Assembly: GCA_951406725.2 (NCBI GenBank)
Contig: OX597816.1
Location: 138,570,001-138,634,000, forward strand
Origin: Octopus vulgaris
Taxonomy: Eukaryota
Length of the DNA stretch: 64,000 nucleotides
Reading direction: 5' to 3'
How positions within the stretch are numbered: position 1 is the first letter of the stretch; each line of letters starts with the position of its first letter. Below the pieces are notes generated by a model, which worked only from the letters and a program-made list of their open reading frames with translations, was not told the origin of the DNA and searched no databases. The position numbers and the translations under genes are program-made. Shown in pieces: positions 17,083 through 32,199 of the stretch.

Positions 17083-17266
17083 CAGTAATTAAATGAAATA
17101 CAGGAACCTGCATTATTTATATTATTTACATTTTGGTGGATTTTGTAATCATCTTGTTTGTTGTTAACACAACGTTTCGGCTGATATACCCTCCAGCTTT
17201 CATCAGGTGTCTTGGGGAAATATCGAACCTGGGTTCTCATTACAAAGGTATTTTTCGATGTTGTTG

Positions 17267-17324
<58 letters not shown>

Positions 17325-17426
17325 TATTATTCAGGTCACTGCCTGGAATCGAACTCGGAATCTCGGGGTTAGTAGACCGCACTCTTAACCACTACGCCAT
17401 ATTTCCGTGAGCATATGGCGTAGTGG

Positions 17427-17494
<68 letters not shown>

Positions 17495-17673
17495 AAGAAG
17501 AAGAAGAAGAAGAAGAAGAAGAAGAAGAAGAAGAACAACAACAACAACAACAACAACAACATCGAAAAATACCTTAGGAATGAGAACCCAGGTTCGATAT
17601 TTCCCCAAGACACCCGAAGAAGGCTGGAAAGTATATCTAATATAAATGATTCCTCATCTCTTAAATAGAACTG
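17083..17673. mobile_element. Palindromic element: tRNA-like head + (AAT/AAC)n + body + hammerhead, in two divergent arms
   Basis: Central inverted repeat CCACTACGCCATAT (17389-17402) / ATATGGCGTAGTGG (17413-17426). Both arms share CATCGAAAAATACCTT..AATGAGAACCCAGGTTCGATATTTCCCCAAGACACC. The left arm has box A TGGCGTAGTGG and box B GAGTTCGATTCC. The right arm has deletions in the head and in the HHR. Confidence 0.8.
17166..17211 (-). ncRNA. Minimal type I hammerhead ribozyme motif
   Basis: Minus strand reads GACAC-CTGATGA-AAGCTG(GAGGGTATAT)CAGCC-GAAA-CG-TT-GTGTT. Stem I GACAC/GTGTT, palindromic AACGTT stem III. The stem II closing pair is mismatched in this copy. Confidence 0.75.
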
Positions 17674-17893
17674 TACCCGCATAATAATATTAATGATACC
17701 AATATTTATTTTCTATGCAAGGTGTTGTTATTCCAGCCTGGAAGCCGCGGGCATTGCTCTTCTTCTAACAAACTTGTGTAGATTAAAAGAATTTCCCAAC
17801 TATCAGTGTCCGGAAGGTCACTAAGAGATGGCTAAACATAAGTTTGGGGCCGAAATATATTACATGAGAATATTAGTTATTTATTTATGTGTA

Positions 17894-18230
17894 GTGAAAG
17901 TGCATGGCTCAGTGGTTAGAGCGTCAGGCTCACAATCATGAGGTAGTGAGTTCTATTCTCGAACCAAGTTGTGTAATTTGTTCTTGAGCAAGACACTTTA
18001 TTTCACGTTGCTCCAGTTAGCTTAACTGTACAAATGAGTTGCAACGTCACTGGTGCCAAGTTGTATCGGCGTTTGCCTTTCTCTTGGATAACATTGGTGG
18101 CGCGTGGAGAGGTGGCTGGTATGCATAGGCGACTACTGATATTCTATAAACAACTCTGACTGGAATTGTGCTTCCCAGGGTAACCATCTAGGAGCAATCC
18201 CATGGTCATTAATGGCCAAAGGGGTCTTTA
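17894..18230 (+). mobile_element. SINE family C-like (body 2, different tail)
   Basis: tRNA-like head plus TTCTTGAGCAAGACACTTTATTTCACGTTGCTCCAG. Another tail variant lies at ~54897-55147. Confidence 0.75.
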
Positions 18231-18776
18231 CTCTATTTATTTGTAAAGTGTTAACCAATTTCACTTAACACATTTTTTTCTATATTTTTATGTATTTTTA
18301 CGTAGTCTTCGTTTAGTAACTGAGGTCAATGAAATATTGAAAACGAACGTATAGAGCCAGATTACCCCCGTATGTTTATGTAATTCACAATAACACGCTG
18401 TCGCGTATTTTATAGCGCTAAATAAAGGTTACAAACATATATCATATATGAATGCCTTTAGTGTTTCGTTAACGTCAACAATCACAATTAAACAACGTGA
18501 TTAATGGGGAATGTAAAAATTTCCCTGAAGTACCTAAACGAACGAATGAATACTTCGAAATAGATAATTCATAAATCATATCCACCATATGCAATGTAAA
18601 ACACTGCATAATTGATTTTAAGACTAGTTATATTCGGAATGTAGAGAAGAAACGTAAAGAAACTGTCGTATTTTTAAACATTTCGTCTAAGTTGTTATAA
18701 CTTCTGTTGTTTATAGACGAAATAATATGTGTGCTGTCAGTAAAAGGAGAGAGGGACGGTAAAATATATCGTCAAA

Positions 18777-19407
<631 letters not shown>

Positions 19408-19412
19408 TATTA

Positions 19413-19470
<58 letters not shown>

Positions 19471-20207
19471 GCCGAGGTCAACTTTGCCTGTTACCCTTTT
19501 GGGGTCGATGAAATAAGTACCAGCTGAATAATCACGTAACACATTTCGGCCAAAAATTTCAGTCATTTTGCCTATATTGGAAAGGATTATTATTGTAAGG
19601 CAATGATCTTCCAGGATAGGTAGAGCTTCGAACAAAATTCTTTGCAATAATTTCTTACAATCATTTACGTTCTGTGTTCAAATTTCGCCGACGTCGACTT
19701 TGCTTTTCATCCTTTAGGGTTTTGATAAGCTAAATAAATACTGGTTGAGCACTAGAGCCGACTGACCCCGTCCCCTAACTTTGCTGGTCATGTTAGGGCC
19801 ACATTTTGAAACCGTTATTATTGGCGGTGAGGTCAAATTTACTTTGTATCCTTTCTGTGTAGATAACATAGAAATCAGTTGAGGAATGATGTCGATTAAT
19901 CGATTTCCCCCTCCCCTCAAAATTGCCGGCCCTCTGCCAAAACTAGAAAGAATTATAATTATTGTTGCTGTTACTGTTTTTGTAACTTCTAGGTTTCTAA
20001 TTATTACGGTTAATATTCGCTAAAACAAGATTGCTGATTACCAAAACAGGAATTTCAAAGAACGTTTTACATAATCAATAAAATAAAATGAAATAAAATA
20101 AGTCAATGACATTAGATGTTATGTGTTATCTAATCTAAAGTGCTTGGCTAGTCGTTTCAGTGGTTCATAAAATCCAGTCGTAATTCTTGTATTCCTCATT
20201 ATTGTTA

Positions 20208-20286
<79 letters not shown>

Positions 20287-20454
20287 TGTGTGTGTGTGTG
20301 TTGGTGTAACAAACCAGCACCGGTTATCAAGAAGTGGTACGGTACGGCCACAGAAGCGAACACATATATAAACACACACGTGTACACACACAAACACATG
20401 CACACGCAAGCACACTCACACACATATCTATTTATCTATCTATCTATTTATCTG

Positions 20455-20508
<54 letters not shown>

Positions 20509-20523
20509 CATCCATCTATCTAT

Positions 20524-20574
<51 letters not shown>

Positions 20575-21350
20575 GCTAGCTAGCTAGCTAGCTATTTATC
20601 TGTCTGTCTATCTATCTATCTATCCATCCATCTATCTATCTGTATATCTATGGTTTCAAATGTATAGAAAACAAACGACAAAGACAGGTGAGGGAAAAAC
20701 AAGCAGGTGTATTAGCTGGTAAAGAATGGAAGAGTCTTTGGTGGTTAAAGCCTTCGCTCTTCGTCAGTAGAGGATGAGAGGAGGAAATGGGAGAGAAGAG
20801 AGAGAGAGAGAGAGAGGCGGGGAGAGAGTAATAAATGGCTTCTTTAATTTCTGTTAACCAAATCGACTCACAAGACTTCGATCGACCTGAGGCTATAATA
20901 GAAGACACTCGCCCAAGGTGGCACGCAGTGGGACTGAACCTAGAATCGTGGTGCTGGGAAGCAAGCTTCGTGCTACATGGTAGTTATATACACACGCACA
21001 CACAGTGTTTCAATTCCGTGCGTAAAGGCTTCACAGGTCTAAGATGAGCAGATGCTGATGCGTTTAAAGTCGGTTTGCTAAATGTTTATATGAATCCACA
21101 TTGCGGCAAAAAATGCAAAGGGAAGCTTTGTTTAACCCACATTTCACCAGGACCGAAAACGTGAGAGAGGACTGGGGAGTGAGCCTAAAACGAAAAAAAA
21201 GCGTTATTGCTAATGGCGATGGCACAGCATGGACACAGCCTCAGGCTAAAACCAAATAATAGAATTTTCAAATACGTGTGGTGTGTGTGTGTGAGTGTGT
21301 GTGTGTGTGCGCGCGCGTTGTCTGTGTGTTTGTGTATATATATACATCTC

Positions 21351-21406
<56 letters not shown>

Positions 21407-22154
21407 CACACATATATACATATATATGTATATATATATATATATATATACATATTTTGTTTGTGTGTGTGTCTGCGTGTGTATGTGTATGTGTGTTTGT
21501 GTATGTCTGTATGTGTGTTTGCGCGTGCGTGTATTTGCTTGTAGATGTGCGTGTGCACCAAATGTGCAAACCATTATTCATTAAGATGCTATGTGCTCAC
21601 ACAGCATCCTACTTAACATACCACTTAACCACTGCGCACTCCTTGTACTTTCACACGATATGAACAAATGATACTTGGATAGATTTCTACCGAAAAACCA
21701 ACTCTGTAAAATATTGTCAATTGGTGCTTTCATTGTCCCATTATATGCTTCGTTGTTCCCGAATTTATAAAGATCTTTCTTATCCACATATATTAACACA
21801 GTGTGGCCTGGCCCCCGTGTCGTCTCTAATGTGCTTCACTGATTTTAAACTCATGTAACCAATCGGGCATAGAACAACATATTCCTGTATTCATGTCACG
21901 TAAAAAGCGGAAAAAAATGTATAAACGTCCAGGTTTCTTTACTGCTTTCATTCTTTGTTCGATCCGCCTCTGTTCTCTTTACCAATTTTTTTTCTTTTAT
22001 CGGGCGTTTTACAGGGATAGGCACACGGATACACGAGCGGATTGAGAGATAATTTGCTATTTTTACATAGAGGATAAGGATAAGAAAAAAAAAACCCAGA
22101 TAAACACACGCGCGTGTGCACACACATGCACACTCTCTCATGTATCTTTTATCA

Positions 22155-23272
<1,118 letters not shown>

Positions 23273-23275
23273 CAT

Positions 23276-23321
<46 letters not shown>

Positions 23322-23562
23322 TATTGTGTCTGGGGAGAGTCGTTCTCTTTTAGTGCCTTATTATTTCTCACACTCACCGGTTCGATTTCCACTCATTTAT
23401 CTATTTTTTCCAAAATATTCGTTGCGTCAAGGACTGTTGAAAAGGCTGCGAGACGCAACGAAAATTTTTGAAACGACAAATAAGTAAATCAGTGGAAATC
23501 GAACTGGTGAGTGTGTTCAATACTAAGGCGCTAAAAGAGAATGACTCTCCCCGGACACAATA
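23322..23562. repeat. Imperfect inverted repeat (~105-bp arms)
   Basis: TATTGTGTCTGGGGAGAGTCGTTCTCTTTTAGTGCCTTA..TTCGTTGCGTC is mirrored by GACGCAACGAA..TAAGGCGCTAAAAGAGAATGACTCTCCCCGGACACAATA. Confidence 0.9.
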
Positions 23563-23620
23563 AAATATGCTTCAACACACGAATTCACATAAAGAATCTT
23601 GCAAACCAAATACAAGAACA

Positions 23621-23659
<39 letters not shown>

Positions 23660-23794
23660 TGTGTGTGTGTATGTGTGTGTGTGTGTGTGTAATTTGAGAG
23701 TAAGCGATTAGTCGATTACATCGTCTCCACTACTTAACTAGTTCTTAATTCATCGACCCCTGCGGAATTCAGAACTTTGAGACGGACGAAATAC

Positions 23795-24025
23795 ATATTT
23801 CTTTACTACCCACAATGGGCTACACACAGGGGACAAACAAGGACAGACAAACGGATTAAACCGATTATATCGACCCCAGTGCGTAACTGGTACATATTTA
23901 ATCGACCTTGAAAAGATGAAAGGCAATGTCGACCTCGGCGGTATTTGAACTCAGAACGAAAAGACAGACGAAATACCGTTAACTAATTTCTACGGCACGC
24001 GAACGATTTTGCCGGCTCGGCATCT
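23795..24025 (-). mobile_element. SINE family A (diverged)
   Basis: Reverse complement of family A. Further diverged relatives at ~9819-10035, 19470-19960, 24265-24435, 46565-46760 and 56880-57087. Confidence 0.8.
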
Positions 24026-24655
24026 TAAGTAGGTATTAAATTATAGCCGACATAAATGACGGTTGGTTAGTTGGTTAATACTTTCAATCACATTTTCCGT
24101 ATAGAGAGGAGGAGACAGAAGGTCAAAAGGAGATATAGAGAGAGAGAGTTAACGTAAGTGGTGCAGGAAGAGTAATATAACTTCCAGAAAAAAATACACC
24201 TTTTTTAAAATTTTGCGGGGAAATATGCAAGTGATAAAATTTACGCAGATACTGGTTTCAATTGATGGCATAAGGCCAATAAATTTGGGGACGCGAATAA
24301 GTCGATTACATCGACCCCAGTGATCAACCGGTACTTATATTGACGTCGAAAGGATGAAAAACAAACTTGACGGAATTTGAGCTCAGAACGTAGAGATGGA
24401 TGCATTTCGCCCGTCGTGCTAACGATTCTGCCGCCATGGTTCATGACATTTAGCCAAATATTAACAAGTATTATTTGCAAATATACAAGCGAGGCTGTGT
24501 AGTAAGAAGTTTGTTAAGTGCAGTCCCACTGCGTAGCACCAAGTGTCTTCTACAATAGCCTCGGATCGACCAAAGCCTTACGAGTGGATTTGGGAGACAG
24601 AAACTAAAACAAGTACGTCGTATATATGTATGTGTATGAGTGTGTTTGTTTGTTT

Positions 24656-24705
<50 letters not shown>

Positions 24706-25147
24706 CTGCCCCCTCCACTGCTTGACAAACCGGTGGTAGTTTGCTTACATCCCACGTAACTTAATAACTCAGAAAAGAGACCAATAAAGTATCGGGCTTT
24801 TAAAAATAAAAGTACTGAGGTTGATACATTCGACCAAAATTTCTTCAAGGCGGTGCCCCAGCATGGCCGCAGTCTGATGAATGAAACAAGTAACAGATAA
24901 ACGACAGAAGATAAATGACAAATTTGCCTCGTGTAATTATATTTTAACGTAATAAAAAAATTTTGTTTGGAAAATTAGATTTTCATTTAACTATTTTGTC
25001 TCAGCACCAAAATTTTGGATAGAAGTTAAATTATAACTATTGGATGCATGCCATATTTCTTAATATTACCTACATCGGCAAAGGTATACTTCCAAAGTTA
25101 TGGCCAAATGACAAGCAATATTCTGGCATAGACAGACAGACAGACAA

Positions 25148-25232
<85 letters not shown>

Positions 25233-25285
25233 GACAGACACTGACACAGACACACATATAATTAGATAGACAGACAAATAGGTAA

Positions 25286-25322
<37 letters not shown>

Positions 25323-25672
25323 TAGATGTGAATATTTACTGATACGTGTCGAAAAATATGTATCAAGGTATACATATACAGAGTGAATGGTGGGCGGGGG
25401 TTCGGTGATGAAGGCGGCGGCGGCGGTTGTGGTAATCGGGGTGCGGCAGTGATGGTAGAGTTGTAGGTATTTGTTGTAACATACAATGAGTTAATAACAA
25501 GACAGGTAATCTTAAAAAGAATGTATTGTGATATCTAACCTTTATATATATATATATATATATATCACATTAAGCTACGTAGCATTGTTTATGCATGCCT
25601 GCATTTTCAATCTTGCATTTGTGTTTGTGTACCTGTTTGTGCGAGCGAGCATATATTTGCGTTCGTGTATAA

Positions 25673-25705
<33 letters not shown>

Positions 25706-25869
25706 CACGAACGTAAATATATACAAACATACACACACCCACACCCACATACATTTCTACGAATAGGCACAAAAAATAAGCATACACATATTTACATAAT
25801 AATATCCTTATGCGTGATGTACGTATGTGTATATATGTGTGTGTATGTGTCTGTGTGTGAATATATATG

Positions 25870-25932
<63 letters not shown>

Positions 25933-26219
25933 GTATGCATGCATGTATGTATGTACGTATATACACACACATATGTAGGTTTCCCTATGTGTGTGTGTGT
26001 GTGTGTGCTGTTTTGTTGTTTTATAAGATTTCAGTGACATCAATGCAAATGGCGGTGCCCCAGCATGGCCACAGCTCGTGAGCTGAAACTAGATAAAATA
26101 AAGTAATAAGCAGTAATACAAGACTATGTTTTATTCTTTTACCTTGTAATTAGTAAATCACAAAAGGATCTAACCATGAAATATTGAAATACGAGGGAAA
26201 ATTATGAGCCATCGTCATA

Positions 26220-26449
26220 CAGGATGGTCCAAAAGTAGGTTTACGGTTACCAAATAGGCATTTTGAAATTTCTTTTAAAACATTTCATTACATTTAAGTT
26301 TCTATCTTACAAACTAAAAATAGAGCAAAATTAACTAAATTAGCATGGAATAATGCTTTCATATTCTTTTATAATTAAGATTTAAATTGTTTATATATGA
26401 ATGCGAAAGAGATAGTTGAATAACTGTAAACCTACTTTGGGCCACCATA
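26220..26449. mobile_element. Tc1/mariner-type MITE
   Basis: TIRs CAGGATGGTCCAAAAGTAGGTTTACGGTTA / TAACTGTAAACCTACTTTGGGCCACCATA with TA flanks. Confidence 0.75.
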
Positions 26450-26501
26450 TATTAACAGATAATGCCTCCTTCAAAATATACAAATATATGTTTGTTTGTT
26501 C

Positions 26502-26547
<46 letters not shown>

Positions 26548-26645
26548 CCGAAAGAGAGAGAGAGAGAGATTCTGTGTGTGAAATAAACATCATAGATTCC
26601 TTGTCCCACCAAGAAATTGCAACAGCTATTTAAAGATCTTGCAAG

Positions 26646-26932
26646 TTGTTTGTTGTTTGTTCTTTCTCGAGCCATGCCTGGCTCATAAGGACCGGTTTTG
26701 CCGGTTTCTTGGCGTATAGGTTTCCCACCTGGACGGGACGCCGGTGAGCTGCAAGATGCAGGAGGAAAGAGTGAGAGAAAGTTGTGGCGAAAGAGTCAGC
26801 AGAAGTTTTGCCATTACCTTCTGCCGGAGCCGCGTAGAGCTTAGGTGTTTCGCTCATAAACACACACATCGTCCGGTCTGAGATTCGAACACGCTAGTTC
26901 GCTGCTCTAACCACAAGGCCATGTGCCTCCAC
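26646..26932 (-). mobile_element. SINE family C (body 1, tail 2) with 14-bp TSD
   Basis: TSD AAAGATCTTGCAAG at 26632-26645 and 26933-26946. Confidence 0.92.
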
Positions 26933-27039
26933 AAAGATCTTGCAAGCTCTCATCTTGATTGTGATTAGGCCCAAAGAAACGTCAGAATCCCTTCTGCATT
27001 TCTTGCCGATATCTTAGAGCCACAAGATTTTCAAGCCTC

Positions 27040-27378
27040 CTCCACCCCCCACAAGTCTGTACGCTTCGCCTCAGTGGACCAGCCAGGATTGAAATTAGCC
27101 TTCGCTTAATGAAAGGTTCCAAAAGCGGTCTTTTATTCAGCCACGACCACATAGAACTGGTTTCACGTGTGAGGGTTATGCAGGTGGTGGCTTTTGTTCG
27201 TGCAGGGTTTATAAAACGATCTTCTGCAGTAAAATCGATCTCGCTGGAAAACCGCAACAGCTGACTTCAGTATCGAATGAAACCGCATTCCATCGTTTCA
27301 CAAGAATGTCATCAACCAAATCCTGATATGTTGCTTTGTTTTTATGTTGCTCAAATGGCAAGTCCGTTCTCCCATGCA
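27040..27378 (-). mobile_element. Decayed HERO-like (RLE-type) non-LTR 3' fragment
   Basis: WENG..HKNKATYQDL..RWNAVSFDTEVSCCGF..SSMWSWL resembles the PWE..K..KY..L..GW..EVGCRGF..S.WLW pattern. Confidence 0.6.
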
Positions 27379-27411
27379 TGCGTGAGTAAATACGTGTGTG
27401 TACACAATGTA

Positions 27412-27479
<68 letters not shown>

Positions 27480-27614
27480 GTATGCATATATATATATAAC
27501 ATATATATAACTTATATACATATATGTGTGAGTGTGTGTATGTATGTGTCTATGTGTGTGTATTATTAAACGTTTCAACTACATAATTTTATCGCGCTAC
27601 TAATAGGTTTGAGT

Positions 27615-27992
27615 GTGGAGGCGCAATGGCCCAGTAGTTAGGGCAGCGGACTCGCGGTCATAGGATCGCGGTTTCGATTCCGAGACCGGGCGTTGTGAGT
27701 GTTTATTGAGCGAAAACACCTAAAGTTCCACGAGGCTCCGGCAGGGGATGGTGGCGAACCCTGCTGTACTCTTTCACCACAACTTTCTCTCACCCTTACT
27801 TCCTGTTTCTGTTGTGCCTGTAATTGAAAGGGCCAGCCTTGTCACACTGTATCACGCTGAATATCCCCGAGAACTATGTTAAGGGTACACGTGTCTGTGG
27901 AGTGCTCAGTCACTTGCACGTTAATTTCACGAGCAGGCTGTTCCGATGATCGGATCAACTGGAACCCTCGTCGTCGTAAGCGACTGAGTGCC
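27615..27992 (+). mobile_element. tRNA-derived SINE family C (body 1, tail 1)
   Basis: GTGGAGGCGCAATGGCCCAGTAGTTAGGG..GGTTTCGATTCC..GAGCGAAAACACCTAAAG..CCCTCGTCGTCGTAA. Confidence 0.9.
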
Positions 27993-27994
27993 AG

Positions 27995-28064
27995 TAAATA
28001 GTTTCCAGTACATGGGTACGTTCATCAGGCCTGATAAACGTACGCAGGTACGGGAAACTATTTA
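27995..28064. repeat. 70-bp palindrome made of two decayed hammerhead cores
   Basis: TAAATAGTTTCCAGTACATGGGTACGTTCATCAGG|CCTGATAAACGTACGCAGGTACGGGAAACTATTTA. Minus strand reads CTGATGA-AC-GTAC(CCAT)GTAC-TG-GAAAC. Confidence 0.8.
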
Positions 28065-28962
28065 TGGAAAAGACGGAATATAGCAAAAATCATTTATTAA
28101 CACAACAATTGTTTCGGTCAATTGTACTGCGTGGGCGTGGAGCGATGCAATAACATCAGATGTAACGCACAGGTGGCATAATATGTTTATGAGTTCATAG
28201 ATTTACATTCCGATTTCGCTTCATGGTAAATGGTGGTATTTAGAGATTCTAGCAGTTCGGATGCATAGCACAAATACATCCTGTAATCTAGCAGTTCGGC
28301 AAAAGAGACCGATAGAATAAGTACTAGGTTTACAAAGAATACGTTCTGGAAACGAGGGTGGTGCTCCAGCATGGCCGCAGTCAAATGGCTGAAGCAAGTA
28401 AAAGAATAAAAGAATATGGTAAGCTGTCTTTTAATCCCGTGGTATTTCTCATGGAAACTTTTGTAGTGAAATACTTATACAAAGGAAGACAACTTTTGGT
28501 TGCGAGCACAATTTAAAATTGCATCCAAAAGCTTTGATTTCTTGCTTAAATTCATTAAAATCATGTTATATGCCTGCTTCAATAGCGGACATCCGTATAA
28601 GAATAATTAACAGTTCCTAATTAATGAAGTCTTCTGGTAAAACGACTAGCTCGCTACATTTTTTTTTAATCAAAGAATGAAGAAAGTATAATAGATAGCG
28701 ATAAAGAGAAAGTGGAAGAGAGGAAAAGAAAAACCAGAAATAGTAAAGTCTACAATGAAGAGGAAGAAAGAGTATTGTATAATAGCATAGTAATAAAAGT
28801 AGAAAAGAGGCAGTATCCGTATACAAACGAAAGAGGGGGGAGGAGACGATGAAAACTTTGTGTGTGTGCATTGCTCAAGAGTAGACAATCGGGAACTATT
28901 TATTTTATATAAATTTCATACTGTCCTATCTTACTCTCCTTTCTTACTGGTAGCCATTTTAT

Positions 28963-29030
<68 letters not shown>

Positions 29031-29247
29031 ATACAAACTATGAATATGTGAGAAAGAGAGAGAGAGAGACGTACAGACAGACATACAGAGACGGACAGAC
29101 AGACGGACAGATAGACAGACAGATACAGACAGAGAGCGAGTGTATGTTATATGTCTCACTGATGTATAATAATATGTAAAAACTGTGAAAATAGTTCTTC
29201 ACTAAAATATCCAGTGTGTATGTCTATCTATCTATCTATCTATCTAG

Positions 29248-29315
<68 letters not shown>

Positions 29316-29367
29316 TTTTATTTTTTATTTTTTATTTTATTTATTTATTTTTTTGTTCTTTTCTTCC

Positions 29368-29658
<291 letters not shown>

Positions 29659-29926
29659 CAAGTATGCCTTTTGTTTTTGTTCTGCCGATTTGCAGAAACA
29701 TTATTATTTCAATCTCGCCATAAGATATGGAGTGAATGCATAATTGGTGCATTGGCCATCCATCGATGCTATTGTCCATCCGATGCGATATAAAGTTATG
29801 AAGTAAAATAAATACATTAGAGGAGTGAGAAGTGTACACGGATGGATACATCTTTTGTTAACTCACTGTGATGAATAATTCCCTGAAATCTTTCACAATG
29901 CGCATGCGTGTATGTGTGTATGTCTG

Positions 29927-30044
<118 letters not shown>

Positions 30045-31356
30045 ACAAGTTAATCACTAGGGTGTTTCGTAAATCCCCTGTCGCTCAACAGAAGTCTAGA
30101 TGTCCAGTTTCAGTTGCATAAATAAGTGTATTTTAACTATATTTCTGCTGCTAAATATAGATGAGCTGCATTTGAAAGACAGACGATTCAATCATCACGT
30201 TAACGTGTTAAATGGGACATTGTAACTTGATTAATGTTGAGCATTCTAATATGAAACAAAACTGAATGAAATAAAATAGAATTAATGGCGGATTTTTTTT
30301 CCGAGAGAAGCAAAAGAAGATCGTGTCAAATGAGAGCAGTGAAGACAACATTAATTATTGAACTAAGCTGGTTAATTAATTGTACGTCTTACCGTCAGAA
30401 TTTTCTTTTCACTAATTTATGTTTGGTTTTTCTCTCTCTTTTAAATCTTTTCCCTAATGTAATGTACGTCCATTCAGCTTAATTAGTCGAGCTGACGAAA
30501 TAGGATTAAACTTAATTAGGCATAAGACAGAATTTAAATAAGAACAAATAACAAATCGAAATGGAACGAAAATCTTGAGGGAAATTACTTGATTTCAAAA
30601 TCAGGACGTTTCTGCCTATAAACAAATATATGAGTTTAAAGAGAAGTGGGGGCAATGATATATAAGGGTTAATTAGAAGACAGCTGACGAGGCTGAAAGC
30701 AAGGAGGCGAATGGCATTTGATGAGTCTTTAATCTGTAATATTTATCTGAACAGAGGTAATATATCACAAATTGCTGTCCTGAGATCTGGACGTAGATTT
30801 TCTTTCTTTTTCTTACTAGTTTCTTTCTTTCTTTCTTTTAACACACGCTTCACAAATTGTATAACGGTAAAATCATAGATTTAATACCTCATCAACGTTG
30901 CTATGGAGTCTTCTGTTTTATTGTAAATCGAAGACTAGGATCAGTTTCTTCGAAGACATGACCTCACTAAAGGAGTGAATGTAAAACATTTTTTTTTTTT
31001 ACATATAACTTCACCTCCTTCAAATTTGCTGAGATACAAATGACCATTAGAACATGATTGAATGAAAACGCTGCTGCTTCCAAATTTAATAAACATCTTT
31101 TCAAGGTATGTTATCTGGTCTGAAGAAAATCTATACAATAAAAAAAAAAGAAAAAAAAAACTTTCGGTTGAATATGTTGTTAGATGTCTCATTCAAAAAC
31201 AATACCTTTGTCTGCAAAGAAAGAAACGTGACAAACAGATTAGTTGTTTACAATCTTATCTTTTCAACTACTGACCTGAAGTGTGTTCATACACAGATAC
31301 ACTTTACAAAGCGCATACACAATACCGTAGCATATACATATATATGTAGGTATATG

Positions 31357-31417
<61 letters not shown>

Positions 31418-31440
31418 AAACACAAAACACACACATATAT

Positions 31441-31478
<38 letters not shown>

Positions 31479-31732
31479 TATAAAGGAAGTATGTATGAAT
31501 GAATACATGTATCTATTATAAATGTATGATGGTGACATTTCATTACACTAACAGACTAATACAAGGACAAAATTTAATAAAAATAAATAATCAAAAAAGA
31601 TTATTAACATCCTTATAAAAGATTTTCTAACTTTAACAAAAATTAATTTAAACCAGAAATTTCCTTTATACATAAAAACTGCATTAAACAATTTTCACAA
31701 AGACTTCTATATATATCATATATATGTATATG

Positions 31733-32080
31733 AGTAATATTCGTAGCCACTTCAACATGGCTGTCCGTTTGAACGGATTTACAGCGACTTTTTAACCCCC
31801 AGAGGTCATTTCCTCTAGCTGGTTAACTGGTTAACGATGCACCGCTGCATCCGAGATATTACCATTAGGGTAACGAACCTCTACGACTCTAGCGACGAGG
31901 TATCCAGGTCTGCTGGTCCAGTCGGTAGAAGTTAGTAGCGGTTCGCTCCCCTGGTCGCAATATCTCGGATGCAGCGGCGCATTAACCAGCTAGATGTGAT
32001 CGATCTCCTCTCGAAGTTAAAAAATCGCGGTAAAGTCCGTTCGAACGGACAGCCATTTTGAAGTGGCTACGAACATCACT
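31733..32080. mobile_element. Foldback/MITE-like element, palindromic over most of its length
   Basis: TTCGTAGCCACTTCAACATGGCTGTCCGTTTGAACGGA is mirrored by TCCGTTCGAACGGACAGCCATTTTGAAGTGGCTACGAA. Inner pair CCGCTGCATCCGAGATATT / AATATCTCGGATGCAGCGG. Confidence 0.8.
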
Positions 32081-32140
32081 TGTTACTACAACTACAGCGT
32101 TGATCTTCTTAGAGTGATTTTAGAACTAGCATTTTTGCTT

Positions 32141-32196
<56 letters not shown>

Positions 32197-32199
<3 letters not shown>

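Noticed and set aside
17335-17405. tRNA gene
   Set aside because: Box A and box B are present but there is no proper acceptor stem. It is a SINE-type head, like the other tRNA-like heads in the window.
20735-20771. Minus-strand CTGACGA-AGAGC..GCTT-TAACCACC
   Set aside because: GAAA and stem III are destroyed. Counted only as a relic, not as a feature.
30684-30705. CTGACGA-GGCT-GAAA
   Set aside because: No stem II, stem III or UH geometry.
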